NCBI GenBank assembly: GCA_021107435.1
Contig: JAIOSV010000060.1
Span: forward strand, 9,824-73,823
Source: Candidatus Sabulitectum sp.
GTDB lineage: Bacteria > Fermentibacterota > Fermentibacteria > Fermentibacterales > JCC-6
DNA: 64,000 bases
Direction of reading: 5' to 3'
Of this stretch, positions 25,496 to 35,559 are shown one piece after another. The notes below the pieces were generated by a model. That model searched no databases and was not told the origin of the DNA. It saw only the letters and a program-made list of their open reading frames with translations. The position numbers and the translations under genes are program-made. Numbering within the stretch: the first letter of the stretch is position 1; the number at the start of each line of letters is the position of its first letter.

Positions 25496-26515
25496 TCAGA
25501 GGGTTGATAACCTTAGAAGTTCAGCCGCCTCCTCGGGAGTGATATCTCTCTGGGGTTCAGCAAGCATTTCGTAGCCCACCATGAATTTTCTGATGGTTGC
25601 CGACCTGAGAAGTGGTGGATAGAAATGCGCATGGAGATGCCATGATTTGCTGTCCCGCGGGTTGGCAGGAGAAATATGCCAACCAAAACTGAAAGGCATT
25701 GATACGCTAAAAAGGTTATCGTATGCTCTGAGAAGCTGTTTCCATATTCCCGCAAGAGAGTTCCTTTGTTCGCTCCCCAGATTCATTAGCGATGTTGTAT
25801 GGCTTTTCGGCAGAAGCATGGTTTCGAACGGCCATTCAGCCCACCAGGGTACAAGCACGATCCAGTAGTCATTCTCAAGCACAATGCGTTCAGCTGAGGC
25901 AAGCTCATATCTTTGGATATCACACAGAAGGCAGGTTCCATTGTCACGCAGGTATTTCGCCTGGTGCTTGTCTTCAAAGTCAACTTCAGTCGGCACGGAT
26001 CCTGTTGCCCAGATCTGTCCATGAGGGTGGGGATTGCTGCAACCCATCATCATTCCGCGATTTTCAAAAATCTGCACACAGCTGATTTCGGGAATGCTGA
26101 TCAATTCATCTATCTGATTCACCCATGTATCAATAACGGCTAGAAGTGATGCGTCATCAAGATCAGCAGCAGAGGTATTGTGAAGAGGCGAATAGCAGAT
26201 CACCCTGCAGATACCGGTTTCCATCATACCCTGTTTCCAGGGTGGAGTGTTCTCGGATGAAGCATCTCCGCTGTGGACCAGAGCAGGAAAATCGTTGTCG
26301 AACACAAATACTCCCTGATAGCGTGGATTCCGTTCTCCGGTTGCCCGAAGACTGCCGGGACACAAATGGCAACCCGGATCAAACTCCGGCAGTACAATGT
26401 TGTTTTCAGTTGTTTCAACACTTCCATGCCACGGTCTTTCAGAACGATTCGGTGAAACCAGAACCCATCTCCCGGTAAGCGGATTCCTCCTTCTGTGAGG
26501 TTTTTTATAATTCAT
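25496..26515 (-). CDS. galT: Galactose-1-phosphate uridylyltransferase
   Basis: RRNPLTGRWVLVSPNRSERPW, CHLCPG, and the active-site motif HPHPHGQIWA. Confidence 0.92.
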   Translation of the reverse strand: MNYKKPHRRRNPLTGRWVLVSPNRSERPWHGSVETTENNIVLPEFDPGCHLCPGSLRATGERNPRYQGVFVFDNDFPALVHSGDASSENTPPWKQGMMETGICRVICYSPLHNTSAADLDDASLLAVIDTWVNQIDELISIPEISCVQIFENRGMMMGCSNPHPHGQIWATGSVPTEVDFEDKHQAKYLRDNGTCLLCDIQRYELASAERIVLENDYWIVLVPWWAEWPFETMLLPKSHTTSLMNLGSEQRNSLAGIWKQLLRAYDNLFSVSMPFSFGWHISPANPRDSKSWHLHAHFYPPLLRSATIRKFMVGYEMLAEPQRDITPEEAAELLRLSTL

Positions 26516-27684
26516 TGCAGCCTTCCTTCACATGACATTATTCCGCTGATACTTGAGACCTGAATAGCCGTTCCAGTCCGACCGGTCTTCTTGCTGTAGC
26601 CGGACAGAGTTGCTTTGATGAATTGCTCTGTTGTATCCTTTTTGACAAAATTGACTGTACACCCGCCAAAGCCTCCCCCTGTCATTCTTGCTGCTATACA
26701 GCCGGGAGCATGCCATGCGGCTTCCACCATTCTGTCCAGTTCATGGCAGGTAACTTCAAAGTCGTTCCCAAGACTTCTGTGGGATTCTCTGAAAAGCTGT
26801 CCGATCTGTTTTTCATCCGATGTCCGAAGTGCTTGAACGGCTTCGGTTACTCTAAGGTTCTCTGAAACCACATGCCGACATCGGTGAAAGAACACACTGT
26901 TACTGCCCGCGATCTTCTCCAGCCGGTCAAGGTCACCGGCAGACACATCACGTAATGAAGTTAGTTCTTTCCCTGACTGCCTGTACAACTCAACTGCTCT
27001 CGCGCACTGCAATCGTCTGTCTGAATATTCCGAAAAGGCAAGATTGTGCCTTACACCTGTATCCATTATCACAAGTGACCAGTCAGCGGGAATTGGAATG
27101 TGATCAATCTGAAGTGACCGGCAGTCGATAAGAGAAGCGCTGCCCCTCCGCGAGAGAAGAATTGAGAGCTGATCCATGATTCCGCATTCCACTCCGACGT
27201 ACTTGTGCTCCGCTTTCTGCAATAACCCGGCAAACTCAAGAGGCTGGAGTTCAATTCTGTTAAGCCCGGCAGTAATCATGCCCAGGCCAGCCGCGAAAGC
27301 TGCCGAACTGCTCAAACCTCCGCCAACCGGCAGATCATTATCCACTAGCAAATCCATTCCCACCTGCTTATCCGCACCTGTGAGAACTGTACGAATCACG
27401 CCCTCAGCAAAGTACTTCCATCCTGAGAGTAAAGGGCTTATCTCGTTCTCCAGGCAGAACTGGTGCTGTTCCCCGAAAGCAATTGAATGAACGGCTACAC
27501 ATCTGTCCATACGAGCTCGTCCGGTAACATGAATGTATCGGTTTACGGCAGCCGGAAGAACAAAGCCATCGTTGTAATCAGTGTGTTCACCGATGAGATT
27601 CACGCGACCGGGAACCGAAATGCTGACAGGCTCTTTCCCCTGACCGAAAATTTCCCTGAATCTGTCCAGGCTCACTGCTGACAT
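26512..27684 (-). CDS. galK: Galactokinase
   Basis: GRVNLIGEHTDYNDGFVLPAA and GGGLSSSAA. ATG at 27684 with an AGGTGG RBS. The stop overlaps the galT start (ATGA). The ORF track opens at 27723. Confidence 0.92.
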   Translation of the reverse strand: MSAVSLDRFREIFGQGKEPVSISVPGRVNLIGEHTDYNDGFVLPAAVNRYIHVTGRARMDRCVAVHSIAFGEQHQFCLENEISPLLSGWKYFAEGVIRTVLTGADKQVGMDLLVDNDLPVGGGLSSSAAFAAGLGMITAGLNRIELQPLEFAGLLQKAEHKYVGVECGIMDQLSILLSRRGSASLIDCRSLQIDHIPIPADWSLVIMDTGVRHNLAFSEYSDRRLQCARAVELYRQSGKELTSLRDVSAGDLDRLEKIAGSNSVFFHRCRHVVSENLRVTEAVQALRTSDEKQIGQLFRESHRSLGNDFEVTCHELDRMVEAAWHAPGCIAARMTGGGFGGCTVNFVKKDTTEQFIKATLSGYSKKTGRTGTAIQVSSISGIMSCEGRLQ

Positions 27685-27700
27685 GCTGCCACCTGTTTCA

Positions 27701-29614
27701 TCAGTTGACTGATATCCAGACAAGCATTCCGCCCGGTTTCCTGTTATTCCAGAGGCAGTAGGGAATCGCTTTAATTCCTACCGGCACAGTCTCAGTTAAT
27801 CCGGGTCTGTAGAGCTTGTCAACCCATCCGCCGCTCTGCCTGATACAGGCGGTACCTGTAATTACTGTGCATCCTCCGAGAAGGGACCCATCATACCCGG
27901 CCTTCAGCTCTGCCGACGAATCCAGTCGGATGTCCTGCAGATCGGGCATGTTATCCTCTTCTTCAAGACAGTAAACAATCGGACCCCTCATGATGGCGAT
28001 CTTTCCACAGTTATCACGCACTTCAGGATGAGCTTCTATTTTCCTCACCGGCATGGGCAGAACAAGGTGCAGTATGTCGTCTTTTCTCCACAATCTGCGT
28101 ATATGTACATATCCGTCAGTTACTGGAAACTGTTTGACTTCCTCTCCATTGAGTTTCAGATAAGCATTCTCACACCATCCGGGAATCCTGAGGAACAATG
28201 TGAATTCAACGGATTTTTCCGGTTCCACGAACAGAGTCACTTCTCCCTTCCAGGGATACTCAGTTTCCTGCCGGATGTTTACCCTGATGCCCGACATGAC
28301 CATCTCTGCAGTACTGCCCGCGTACAGATGAACATATATGCTGTCGTCAGTACGGGAGTAGATGTACTGACCGAAGGAAGAGAGTATCCGCACTATGTTC
28401 GTGGGACAGCAGGAACAACTGAACCATTCCTGACGGGAATACCTGTAGTTGTTTTCAGAACCTGACTGTGCCATAGCGTGCCCCGGTCGAACTTCGAGAG
28501 GGTTGGTATAGAAGAAGCGTGTTCCTTCCAGCGAAACACCGCTAAGAACACAGTTGTAAAGGCTCCTCTCCATAACATCAGCATACTTTGAATTCGGTCT
28601 CTCATCAATGTGCAGCATTCGATGCGCCCAGAAAACAAGTCCAATCGCGGCGCAGGTCTCAGCGTATGCGGTCTCATTGGGCAGATCGTAGTCCGCTGTG
28701 AAACTTTCTCCCTGCGCAGTTGATCCGATTCCTCCGGTTATGTACATCTTTCGTTCCGTGACATTTCTCCAGAGAACGCGACATGCTTCAGCAAGTTCCC
28801 CGTCGCCGGTTTCAATAGCCGCGTCAGCCATTCCGCAGTAAAGGTACATCGCCCTTACCGCATGTCCCACTGCCTCTTTCTGCTCGCGGACAGGAAGATG
28901 AGCCTGCCAGTATTCATAGTTTCTCGCCGGTTCTTCCCCTCTGGAAACAGATTCCAGATCATAGTAATGCGGTTTTGTACCGCGTTCGTTCAGAAAAAAA
29001 ACGGCAAGTTCAAGGTAGCGTCTCTCGTCTGTGGCTCTGAACAGCTTAACCAGAGCCAGCTCCAGCTCCTCATGCCCCGGGTAACCGCGCTTCCGGTCTG
29101 CTCCACTGCCGAAGGTGGAATCAATACAATCCGCATACCTGCGGGCAATACTGATGAATCGGTCGTCTCCGGTTGCGAAAGAGTGCGCGACAGCAGCTTC
29201 AACAAGATGACCCGCACAGTACAGTTCGTGTCTGTCCCGCAGGTTTGTCCATCTTTTTTCAGGCTCAACAGCGGTGAAATAACTGTTGAGATAACCATCC
29301 GGTTGCTGAGCCTTTTCCATTAAGCTGATGATGTTATTCAGATTCTCTTCCAGGCTGTCATCCCTGTGAAGCCTGAGGCTGCATGCCGCTGCTTCCATCC
29401 ATTTGGCCACATCCGAGTCCCAGAATATGTGCGGCCTGCGTGGATCCCCGTCCTTCCAGTTCAGCTTCCAGGCATCCAGACGCCCGGTCTTCCTGCACTG
29501 CTCATATCCAAGAGGGATAGTCACATCTCTGTTTGTCTCAATCCTTGGTGACCAGAACCGGTCATCAATCGATACCCTGTGGAACGGCACCGGAGCTATG
29601 CGTTCTGAACCCAT
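27701..29614 (-). CDS. Glycoside hydrolase family 127 (DUF1680; beta-L-arabinofuranosidase-like)
   Basis: 637 aa. DUF1680-type N-terminus (FWSPRIETNRDVTIPLGYEQCRKTGRLDAWKL) and the Cys-cluster motif WFSCSCCPTN characteristic of GH127. Confidence 0.8.
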   Translation of the reverse strand: MGSERIAPVPFHRVSIDDRFWSPRIETNRDVTIPLGYEQCRKTGRLDAWKLNWKDGDPRRPHIFWDSDVAKWMEAAACSLRLHRDDSLEENLNNIISLMEKAQQPDGYLNSYFTAVEPEKRWTNLRDRHELYCAGHLVEAAVAHSFATGDDRFISIARRYADCIDSTFGSGADRKRGYPGHEELELALVKLFRATDERRYLELAVFFLNERGTKPHYYDLESVSRGEEPARNYEYWQAHLPVREQKEAVGHAVRAMYLYCGMADAAIETGDGELAEACRVLWRNVTERKMYITGGIGSTAQGESFTADYDLPNETAYAETCAAIGLVFWAHRMLHIDERPNSKYADVMERSLYNCVLSGVSLEGTRFFYTNPLEVRPGHAMAQSGSENNYRYSRQEWFSCSCCPTNIVRILSSFGQYIYSRTDDSIYVHLYAGSTAEMVMSGIRVNIRQETEYPWKGEVTLFVEPEKSVEFTLFLRIPGWCENAYLKLNGEEVKQFPVTDGYVHIRRLWRKDDILHLVLPMPVRKIEAHPEVRDNCGKIAIMRGPIVYCLEEEDNMPDLQDIRLDSSAELKAGYDGSLLGGCTVITGTACIRQSGGWVDKLYRPGLTETVPVGIKAIPYCLWNNRKPGGMLVWISVN

Positions 29615-29719
29615 ATCCGATTCACCTCCGTAGCGCTACTGCGGAATCCCCGCTTCCCTGCTTCAGTCCTGCTATATATATTAGTCTCGCAATATATATT
29701 AAATAAAAAGGAGGTTCTC

Positions 29720-30898
29720 ATGCATATTCCTGTTCATGCTCTGCTGGTTTTTATCCAGTCAGTCATCTTCGGCTCTCAGATAACAAATGATATACCAGTA
29801 GCAGCCAGTATGCTGTCGGAAGAATGTTGCGGTTTGCTGATCCAGTCAAATGTCGCCGAATGCCCTGTCACTTACGAAATCGCGTTGGTAGTTCCGGGTG
29901 ACAGCATAGTTTTAATACCTCTTAGAACCGGTATTGATGATCCGATCTGGGCTCGAGGCAGTGGCTGGACATCCGATGGCGTGCTTTCGCTGATTCTGTC
30001 ATCGTACCCCACCGGAAACGAGTTCGCCGATATCTTATGTTTTACTGCCGATGGAGAAATTTCCAGATCAATAAGACTGCCTATGGCAGGACACTCCCCT
30101 GGTGCTGATGAAGGACAGTTTTACTCAATAAATTCTTTTCTTCCCTGCAAAGACGGTTCCGGTTACTGGATGACTGTAGATCTTGCCCTTTCAGAGCAAA
30201 CATACGAGGTAATTTCCAAAACCCTGTTCAGGCTCGGCGCACAGGGAGATACTCTCTGGTCGAGTAACATTTCCTGTCCGAAACACTGGATGAATCCTGA
30301 TGTGATCCAACCCATGCCGGACGGTGAGTGTGTAATCGGATTCGACGAAGACAACTTTAACGAAATGTTCTATCTCAGCCGCTTTTCTGCCACAGGAGAT
30401 CTGCTATGGTCAACTGAAATTGAAACAGGCGGTGATATAATCCACACTCTTAAGGACATACTTCCTGCCCGCAACGGAGGAACGCTTGTTGTTGCATCAT
30501 CAGATTTCGGAACACAGGACAACTGCCTTATCTGCCTTATTGACAGAAACGGCGAGACTGTAAACAGAGTGTTCGAGGCCGGCTTCGGCCATGCTGTCTG
30601 TACATGCGGTCTTCCAATAGAAGACGGATTTCTTCTGACCGGACGAACCGGTCCTGTTGTTGAAGACAGGACTCAACCAGTTGAAGAGAATATTTTTCTG
30701 CTTCGTCTTGATGAAAACGGAACCCCGGTATCAATGAATTCAATTCCCGTCGAAGACAACCTTACCAGAAATCCCCGCTTTCTTCTTGAAACACCAGGAG
30801 GTTATCTTGTCGCGGGTAACTGCTGGGAAGACTATTGGTTGCGATCAGATGTCTTCACCATGCTCATTCCGAAGGATGAAATCCCTTCGCTTCGTTAA
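29720..30898 (+). CDS. Hypothetical protein (possibly secreted or anchored repeat protein)
   Basis: 392-aa ORF with AGGAGG 5 nt upstream of the ATG and a hydrophobic N-terminus. Repeated G-D-x-LWS-like segments. I recognise no family. Confidence 0.45.
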   Translation: MHIPVHALLVFIQSVIFGSQITNDIPVAASMLSEECCGLLIQSNVAECPVTYEIALVVPGDSIVLIPLRTGIDDPIWARGSGWTSDGVLSLILSSYPTGNEFADILCFTADGEISRSIRLPMAGHSPGADEGQFYSINSFLPCKDGSGYWMTVDLALSEQTYEVISKTLFRLGAQGDTLWSSNISCPKHWMNPDVIQPMPDGECVIGFDEDNFNEMFYLSRFSATGDLLWSTEIETGGDIIHTLKDILPARNGGTLVVASSDFGTQDNCLICLIDRNGETVNRVFEAGFGHAVCTCGLPIEDGFLLTGRTGPVVEDRTQPVEENIFLLRLDENGTPVSMNSIPVEDNLTRNPRFLLETPGGYLVAGNCWEDYWLRSDVFTMLIPKDEIPSLR

Positions 30899-30908
30899 GA
30901 TAACTGGA

Positions 30909-33900
30909 TTATGTCTGAACTCCTGAGCCATTCATGATATCATGTATTACTTTCCCGAGTTCAGTAACGCAATACGGTTTCTTTATGCAACCGCTGAAAC
31001 CGAATTGCTTATACCTGCCCATCACCGTATCCTCTGAGTAACCGCTTGATACAATCGCTTTTGCTCCCGGGTCCATATTCAGAAGCAGGACTACCGCCTT
31101 TCTTCCACCCATCCCCCCGGGTATGGTCAAATCCATGATAACCACATCAAACGGCTTTTCGCTTTCCATCGCTTCTCTGTATTTCCTAAGAGCTTCCTCG
31201 CCATTCTCGGCGAAATCAACGCTGTAGCCCAGATACTGAAGCATCTCGCCAGCCACATCGCACACCATTTTATCATCATCCATCACAAGAACACTTCCTG
31301 CTCCGAAGTGTATTGCCTGCCTGGGATCAGTTTCGGCTGAGGCATTGCTGTTCGAAGCAGGGATATACACGCGAAATTCAGTTCCGGTCGCCACTTCGGA
31401 GTCAACGGTAATACACCCATCGTGTTTTCTCAAAATAGAGTAAACTATGGAAAGACCAAGACCGCTTCCTTTTTGTTTTGTTGTGTAGTACGGATCAAAT
31501 ATTTTCTCCAGTTGATTTGCGGGTATACCTATGCCGCTGTCGGAAACAGAGATACTCACATATCTGCCTTCAGGCAGTGATGGAATTTCGTATTGACCAA
31601 CCACCTTATTTTCAGCCGTGACCGTGATCACACCGCCTTCAGGCATAGCCTGGTCCGCATTTATGATCAGATTGCTGATAACCTCACTTATCTGCCCCTT
31701 ATCAACATCCGCTGCCCAGAGGTCTTCAGAGGTGGTAATTTTTCCTCTCGACTTCGATCCTCCAAGGGCAAAATTCACTGTTTCTCTGATAAGGTCATCA
31801 ATGGATGTTGTCTCTCTGACAGGCGCACCGCCTTTTGAGAAGGTGAGAAGCTGCTGAGTCAAATCTCTGGCCCTCATGGATGCGTTCTCGGATTTTGTCA
31901 GTATTCTGTAGACATCACCTTCAGGTTCAAGTGACATCTTCGCCAGGGAAATATTTCCGAGTATGGCTGAAAGCATGTTATTAAAATCATGAGCAAGACC
32001 TCCCGCCAGTATCCCGATTGATTCCAGTCTGGCTGCCTTCCGAAGCTCTTCCTCTGTTTTACGTTCTTCGGTGACATCGTGGAAAACAACTACAGCACCC
32101 ACCAGTTTGGTTTTCTGATCCGTAATGGGGGCACAGCTATAAGCAATCGACCTCTCCAAGCCGCTTTTCTCCACAAGAATAGTGTGGCTGAAATAGCTTA
32201 CGGTATCCATGGATTCCAGTATTTCATCCACAGGATCACGGCAGAGTTCTTTTGTACTTTCATCAATGATATTAAAAACTTCGGCAAGTTTCTTTCCCGC
32301 TGCCTTATTCTGCAGCCACCCTGTCAACTCTTCGGCAACCCGGTTCATCATGATGATCTTCCCGCCGGTGTCAGTTGTAATGACAGCGTCACCAATTGAT
32401 CTCAGGGTAACAGCAAGCATCTCCTTTTCCGCCTCAAGCGCTTTCTCTGCAGTTTCGCGCTCGGATAGCTCTTTCGCCGCCCGCTCGAAAAGCCTGGCGT
32501 TCTCTATCGCGATTGCCGCCTGGTCTGCCATAAGCCTGATGATGTGCGCATCCTGCTCATCAAATGCGTTTACATCGTCGCTCTGAACATCAAGAACACC
32601 AATCACCCTACCTTCAATGCTGACGGGAACTGTCAGCTCGGAACGGCTGTCGGGAATCGCGTCCACAGGAAAGTGCCGTGGCTCAAGTCTGACATCACCG
32701 ACAAGCATGTGTTTGCCTGTATAGGCTACATACCCGCAGACACTGTCTTCCCCCACTTTCAGAGATATTCCCTTTGTCGACGCGGAATTAAAACCGGCTC
32801 CTGCCCTGATGGCCAGCATGCCCGTCGCTGGATCAATCAGCAGAATCGAGACGTAACGGTAACCGAATGACTCGTGAATAAGAGATACTGTCAGCTCCAG
32901 TAATGCATCCAGCTCCAGCATTGACGCGATGCTCCTGCCTATTTTTCCCAGTGCCGCAAGCTGTGAAACTCTTTGCTCGAGAACTTTACCCGTTCGCTTC
33001 CTTTCTCTGATTTCGTCTTTCAGTTTACTGCTGGATTCGTCCAGATCCTGCAGCATGTTCAGCGTCGCGATTCTCTGGTTTTCACTTTTTTCAAACTGTC
33101 GCTTTAACTCAATTGTTCTTTCAGAAATCCTTGTCTCAAGATTTTCCGTGTATTCCTCAAGTGCTTCTCTTGATTTGCTCAGTTCTTCGGTCATATCACA
33201 GAATGCCCTGGAGAGCTCTCCTGTTTCATCCTTTGCTCCTGTCTTAATCCGGTACCCAAGATTTCCCTTCATTATCTCTTCAACGCCTTTTTTCAGCTTC
33301 TCGATTGGATTTGCCAAACCGGATGAGACTGGTACTGAAAGAAAAACACCAAAGAGGAGTACACCGGCCATAACGACAAGCATGCTTTGCGTGAGTCTGT
33401 CAACAGGAGCGAAAGCTTCATCAACACTGATTTCGGCAATAAGAACACAGTTTATGTCCGGGATGTGAGAGTGAATGCTGATTACATCCGAGCCCATGTA
33501 ATTCCTGGTGAAAACTGCAATGTGTTCATGTTCTTCGTTTCCGAACCCGCAAACCTCCCGGATACCTCCGGCTGTTTCAAGGTCTACTTCCAGAGTTAAA
33601 GCAGCATCTTCAATGTATAAGGAAGGGGTCAACATAAGGCCTTTACTGTCAATAATATAGACCTCGCCTGTCTCTCCCAGTCCGGTTCTGTCCGTGATAG
33701 AAGAAAACAATTCCTTATCGGCATCAAAATTAACCACAACCGCTCCGACAAACTCATCGAATCTGTAAACCGGAGCTGAGATACTGAAAACAGGATTATC
33801 CGTAAACTGCGAAAAATGCAATTCACTTGTATAACCACCATCATCGGTAACATGCAGAAACAGCGGATCTTCGCTGAGATCAGCCCCGACATCCGAGTGA

Positions 33901-34259
33901 GACGAAACAATAACTGTGCCATTCCGGTTAAGCACCCTGAACCGTGAGATATCGTTGTAGGAAATGAGCATAGCTCTGATTCTTCTGTCAACAGTCTCAG
34001 TTGCTTCTTCAGTGTTCTCTGTCTCTGAAACAAGATCGATGAACACATTACCTGTTGATGTAAGCGCGGTGATTTCTTTGTACTCTCTCAGAATCGAGTT
34101 GATGTATCTCGTTTTTATCTCCGCGACTGTGGCCAGATGACCAATCATCTGTTCCTCCAGTATATCCTTCGAGATGCTTCTCACTACCAGAACAACAGAC
34201 AGTCCCGTAGCCATAATCATGGAGAAAACTACAAGCAGTATCTTTGAGCGTATTCTCAC
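30909..34259 (-). CDS. Hybrid sensor histidine kinase: Cache-like periplasmic domain - HAMP - GAF - PAS - HisKA - HATPase - REC
   Basis: 1116 aa. Two TM segments flank a domain of about 270 aa. HAMP (ANPIEKLKKGVEEIMKGNLGYRI), GAF (..VLDVQSDDVNAFDEQDAHIIRLMADQAAIAIENARLF), H-box LAHDFNNMLSAILG, G-box GSGLGLSIVY, receiver VIMDLTIPGGMGG. Confidence 0.9.
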   Translation of the reverse strand: MRIRSKILLVVFSMIMATGLSVVLVVRSISKDILEEQMIGHLATVAEIKTRYINSILREYKEITALTSTGNVFIDLVSETENTEEATETVDRRIRAMLISYNDISRFRVLNRNGTVIVSSHSDVGADLSEDPLFLHVTDDGGYTSELHFSQFTDNPVFSISAPVYRFDEFVGAVVVNFDADKELFSSITDRTGLGETGEVYIIDSKGLMLTPSLYIEDAALTLEVDLETAGGIREVCGFGNEEHEHIAVFTRNYMGSDVISIHSHIPDINCVLIAEISVDEAFAPVDRLTQSMLVVMAGVLLFGVFLSVPVSSGLANPIEKLKKGVEEIMKGNLGYRIKTGAKDETGELSRAFCDMTEELSKSREALEEYTENLETRISERTIELKRQFEKSENQRIATLNMLQDLDESSSKLKDEIRERKRTGKVLEQRVSQLAALGKIGRSIASMLELDALLELTVSLIHESFGYRYVSILLIDPATGMLAIRAGAGFNSASTKGISLKVGEDSVCGYVAYTGKHMLVGDVRLEPRHFPVDAIPDSRSELTVPVSIEGRVIGVLDVQSDDVNAFDEQDAHIIRLMADQAAIAIENARLFERAAKELSERETAEKALEAEKEMLAVTLRSIGDAVITTDTGGKIIMMNRVAEELTGWLQNKAAGKKLAEVFNIIDESTKELCRDPVDEILESMDTVSYFSHTILVEKSGLERSIAYSCAPITDQKTKLVGAVVVFHDVTEERKTEEELRKAARLESIGILAGGLAHDFNNMLSAILGNISLAKMSLEPEGDVYRILTKSENASMRARDLTQQLLTFSKGGAPVRETTSIDDLIRETVNFALGGSKSRGKITTSEDLWAADVDKGQISEVISNLIINADQAMPEGGVITVTAENKVVGQYEIPSLPEGRYVSISVSDSGIGIPANQLEKIFDPYYTTKQKGSGLGLSIVYSILRKHDGCITVDSEVATGTEFRVYIPASNSNASAETDPRQAIHFGAGSVLVMDDDKMVCDVAGEMLQYLGYSVDFAENGEEALRKYREAMESEKPFDVVIMDLTIPGGMGGRKAVVLLLNMDPGAKAIVSSGYSEDTVMGRYKQFGFSGCIKKPYCVTELGKVIHDIMNGSGVQT

Positions 34260-35305
34260 TGTAAAGCCTCTGTTCCAGCAACAGCCTTCTGATGCATGAC
34301 TCCAGTTTCGTTTTCTCCCGTTCCGATGGCTTTGATAATAGAGCAGCCCCGACAGGAATTCTCAACCCCGGGAAAGGCTCTGTAGCAGAATTGACCGATT
34401 GAATCGGGATTCATGTTAAGGGCCGCTCTGTTGCCCCAGATGACTTTCAGTTTCCTGTCCAGGAGCACTATCATATCGGGGGAACCATCAAGAAGAGCCT
34501 GTTTCTGAGCCTCGCTCTTCCGCAATGCGTCTTCCATCTTCTTTCGCTCAGTAATATCGCGGATGTATACAAGCCCTGCGCGTCTGCCCTCGTGGGTTGT
34601 AACACTGATACTGAGTCCAACGATGATCTCCCGGCCCTCCGAAGATATCAGTGTTGTTTCCATCTTCTGCCTGTCGGTCAAACCCTTCGAGAACTCCTCG
34701 TATTCCGCAATTACTCTCTGTTGCTCATCGGAGTGCAAGTAGTCGATAAACGGTTTATCGATACCGGAACCGCGGGAAAAGCCCAGAAGCTCACTGATCC
34801 GGGAATTCAGGAATACCATTCTACCGTCCTGCACTATGCAGATTCCATCACTTGAATTCTCCACGGTCAGTCTGTACTTCTCCTCGCTTTCTCTCAACCT
34901 TCTCTCGGTATTTGTTCTTTCCCTTCGCTGTTCAGCTTCATCCAGAGCCCTTCGGACGGCGGAACCAAGCCTGACGAGGTTATCTTTCAGAACACAATCG
35001 ACAGCACCCAGCCTAATGCATTCAGCTGCTCTTTCCTCACCGATAGTACCGGAAATCAGTATCATGGGTATGTCAGGTGAAATCTCCTGATGGATAAGCA
35101 GAGCGCGCGGGCAGTTGAAACCGGGCAGACTGTAATCGGCAAAGATAAGATCGGGATTGGTGTTGAGAGCTTCTCTGAACGATTTCTCCGTATCCACAAC
35201 GCTGTATTCAACTTCAAATCCGTCTTTTTCAAGCTGCCTTACGGCGAACTCGGCATCGTATCTACTGTCTTCCAGTATCAACAGTCTCAGTGTTTTTTCA
35301 TTCAC
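34256..35305 (-). CDS. Response regulator, REC domain followed by PAS domains
   Basis: LRLLILEDSRYDAEFAV...DLIFADYSLPGF; the PAS region includes RLTVENSSDGICIVQDG. The stop overlaps the kinase start by 4 nt. Confidence 0.85.
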   Translation of the reverse strand: MNEKTLRLLILEDSRYDAEFAVRQLEKDGFEVEYSVVDTEKSFREALNTNPDLIFADYSLPGFNCPRALLIHQEISPDIPMILISGTIGEERAAECIRLGAVDCVLKDNLVRLGSAVRRALDEAEQRRERTNTERRLRESEEKYRLTVENSSDGICIVQDGRMVFLNSRISELLGFSRGSGIDKPFIDYLHSDEQQRVIAEYEEFSKGLTDRQKMETTLISSEGREIIVGLSISVTTHEGRRAGLVYIRDITERKKMEDALRKSEAQKQALLDGSPDMIVLLDRKLKVIWGNRAALNMNPDSIGQFCYRAFPGVENSCRGCSIIKAIGTGENETGVMHQKAVAGTEALQ

Positions 35306-35559
35306 AGCACCGCTCCAACCTCACTGTAGATTTATTCAGCGGAAGCCGGTACATACCGAGCTGAATTTTTCTCTCAGTGGACTTCTCAAAACCATCAACA
35401 GACTTTTGAATATAACTGTTTGCAGAAGAACGATAACTTCCTGCTTGACTCCCTGCTTATTTGAAAATATGTATTAAGTGTGTTTGTTGTAGAGGCAGCA
35501 GATACCTTACTATTTCGTGTTATAGGTATCAGGCGTCCCGACTGACCAAGGGGGTAGGT

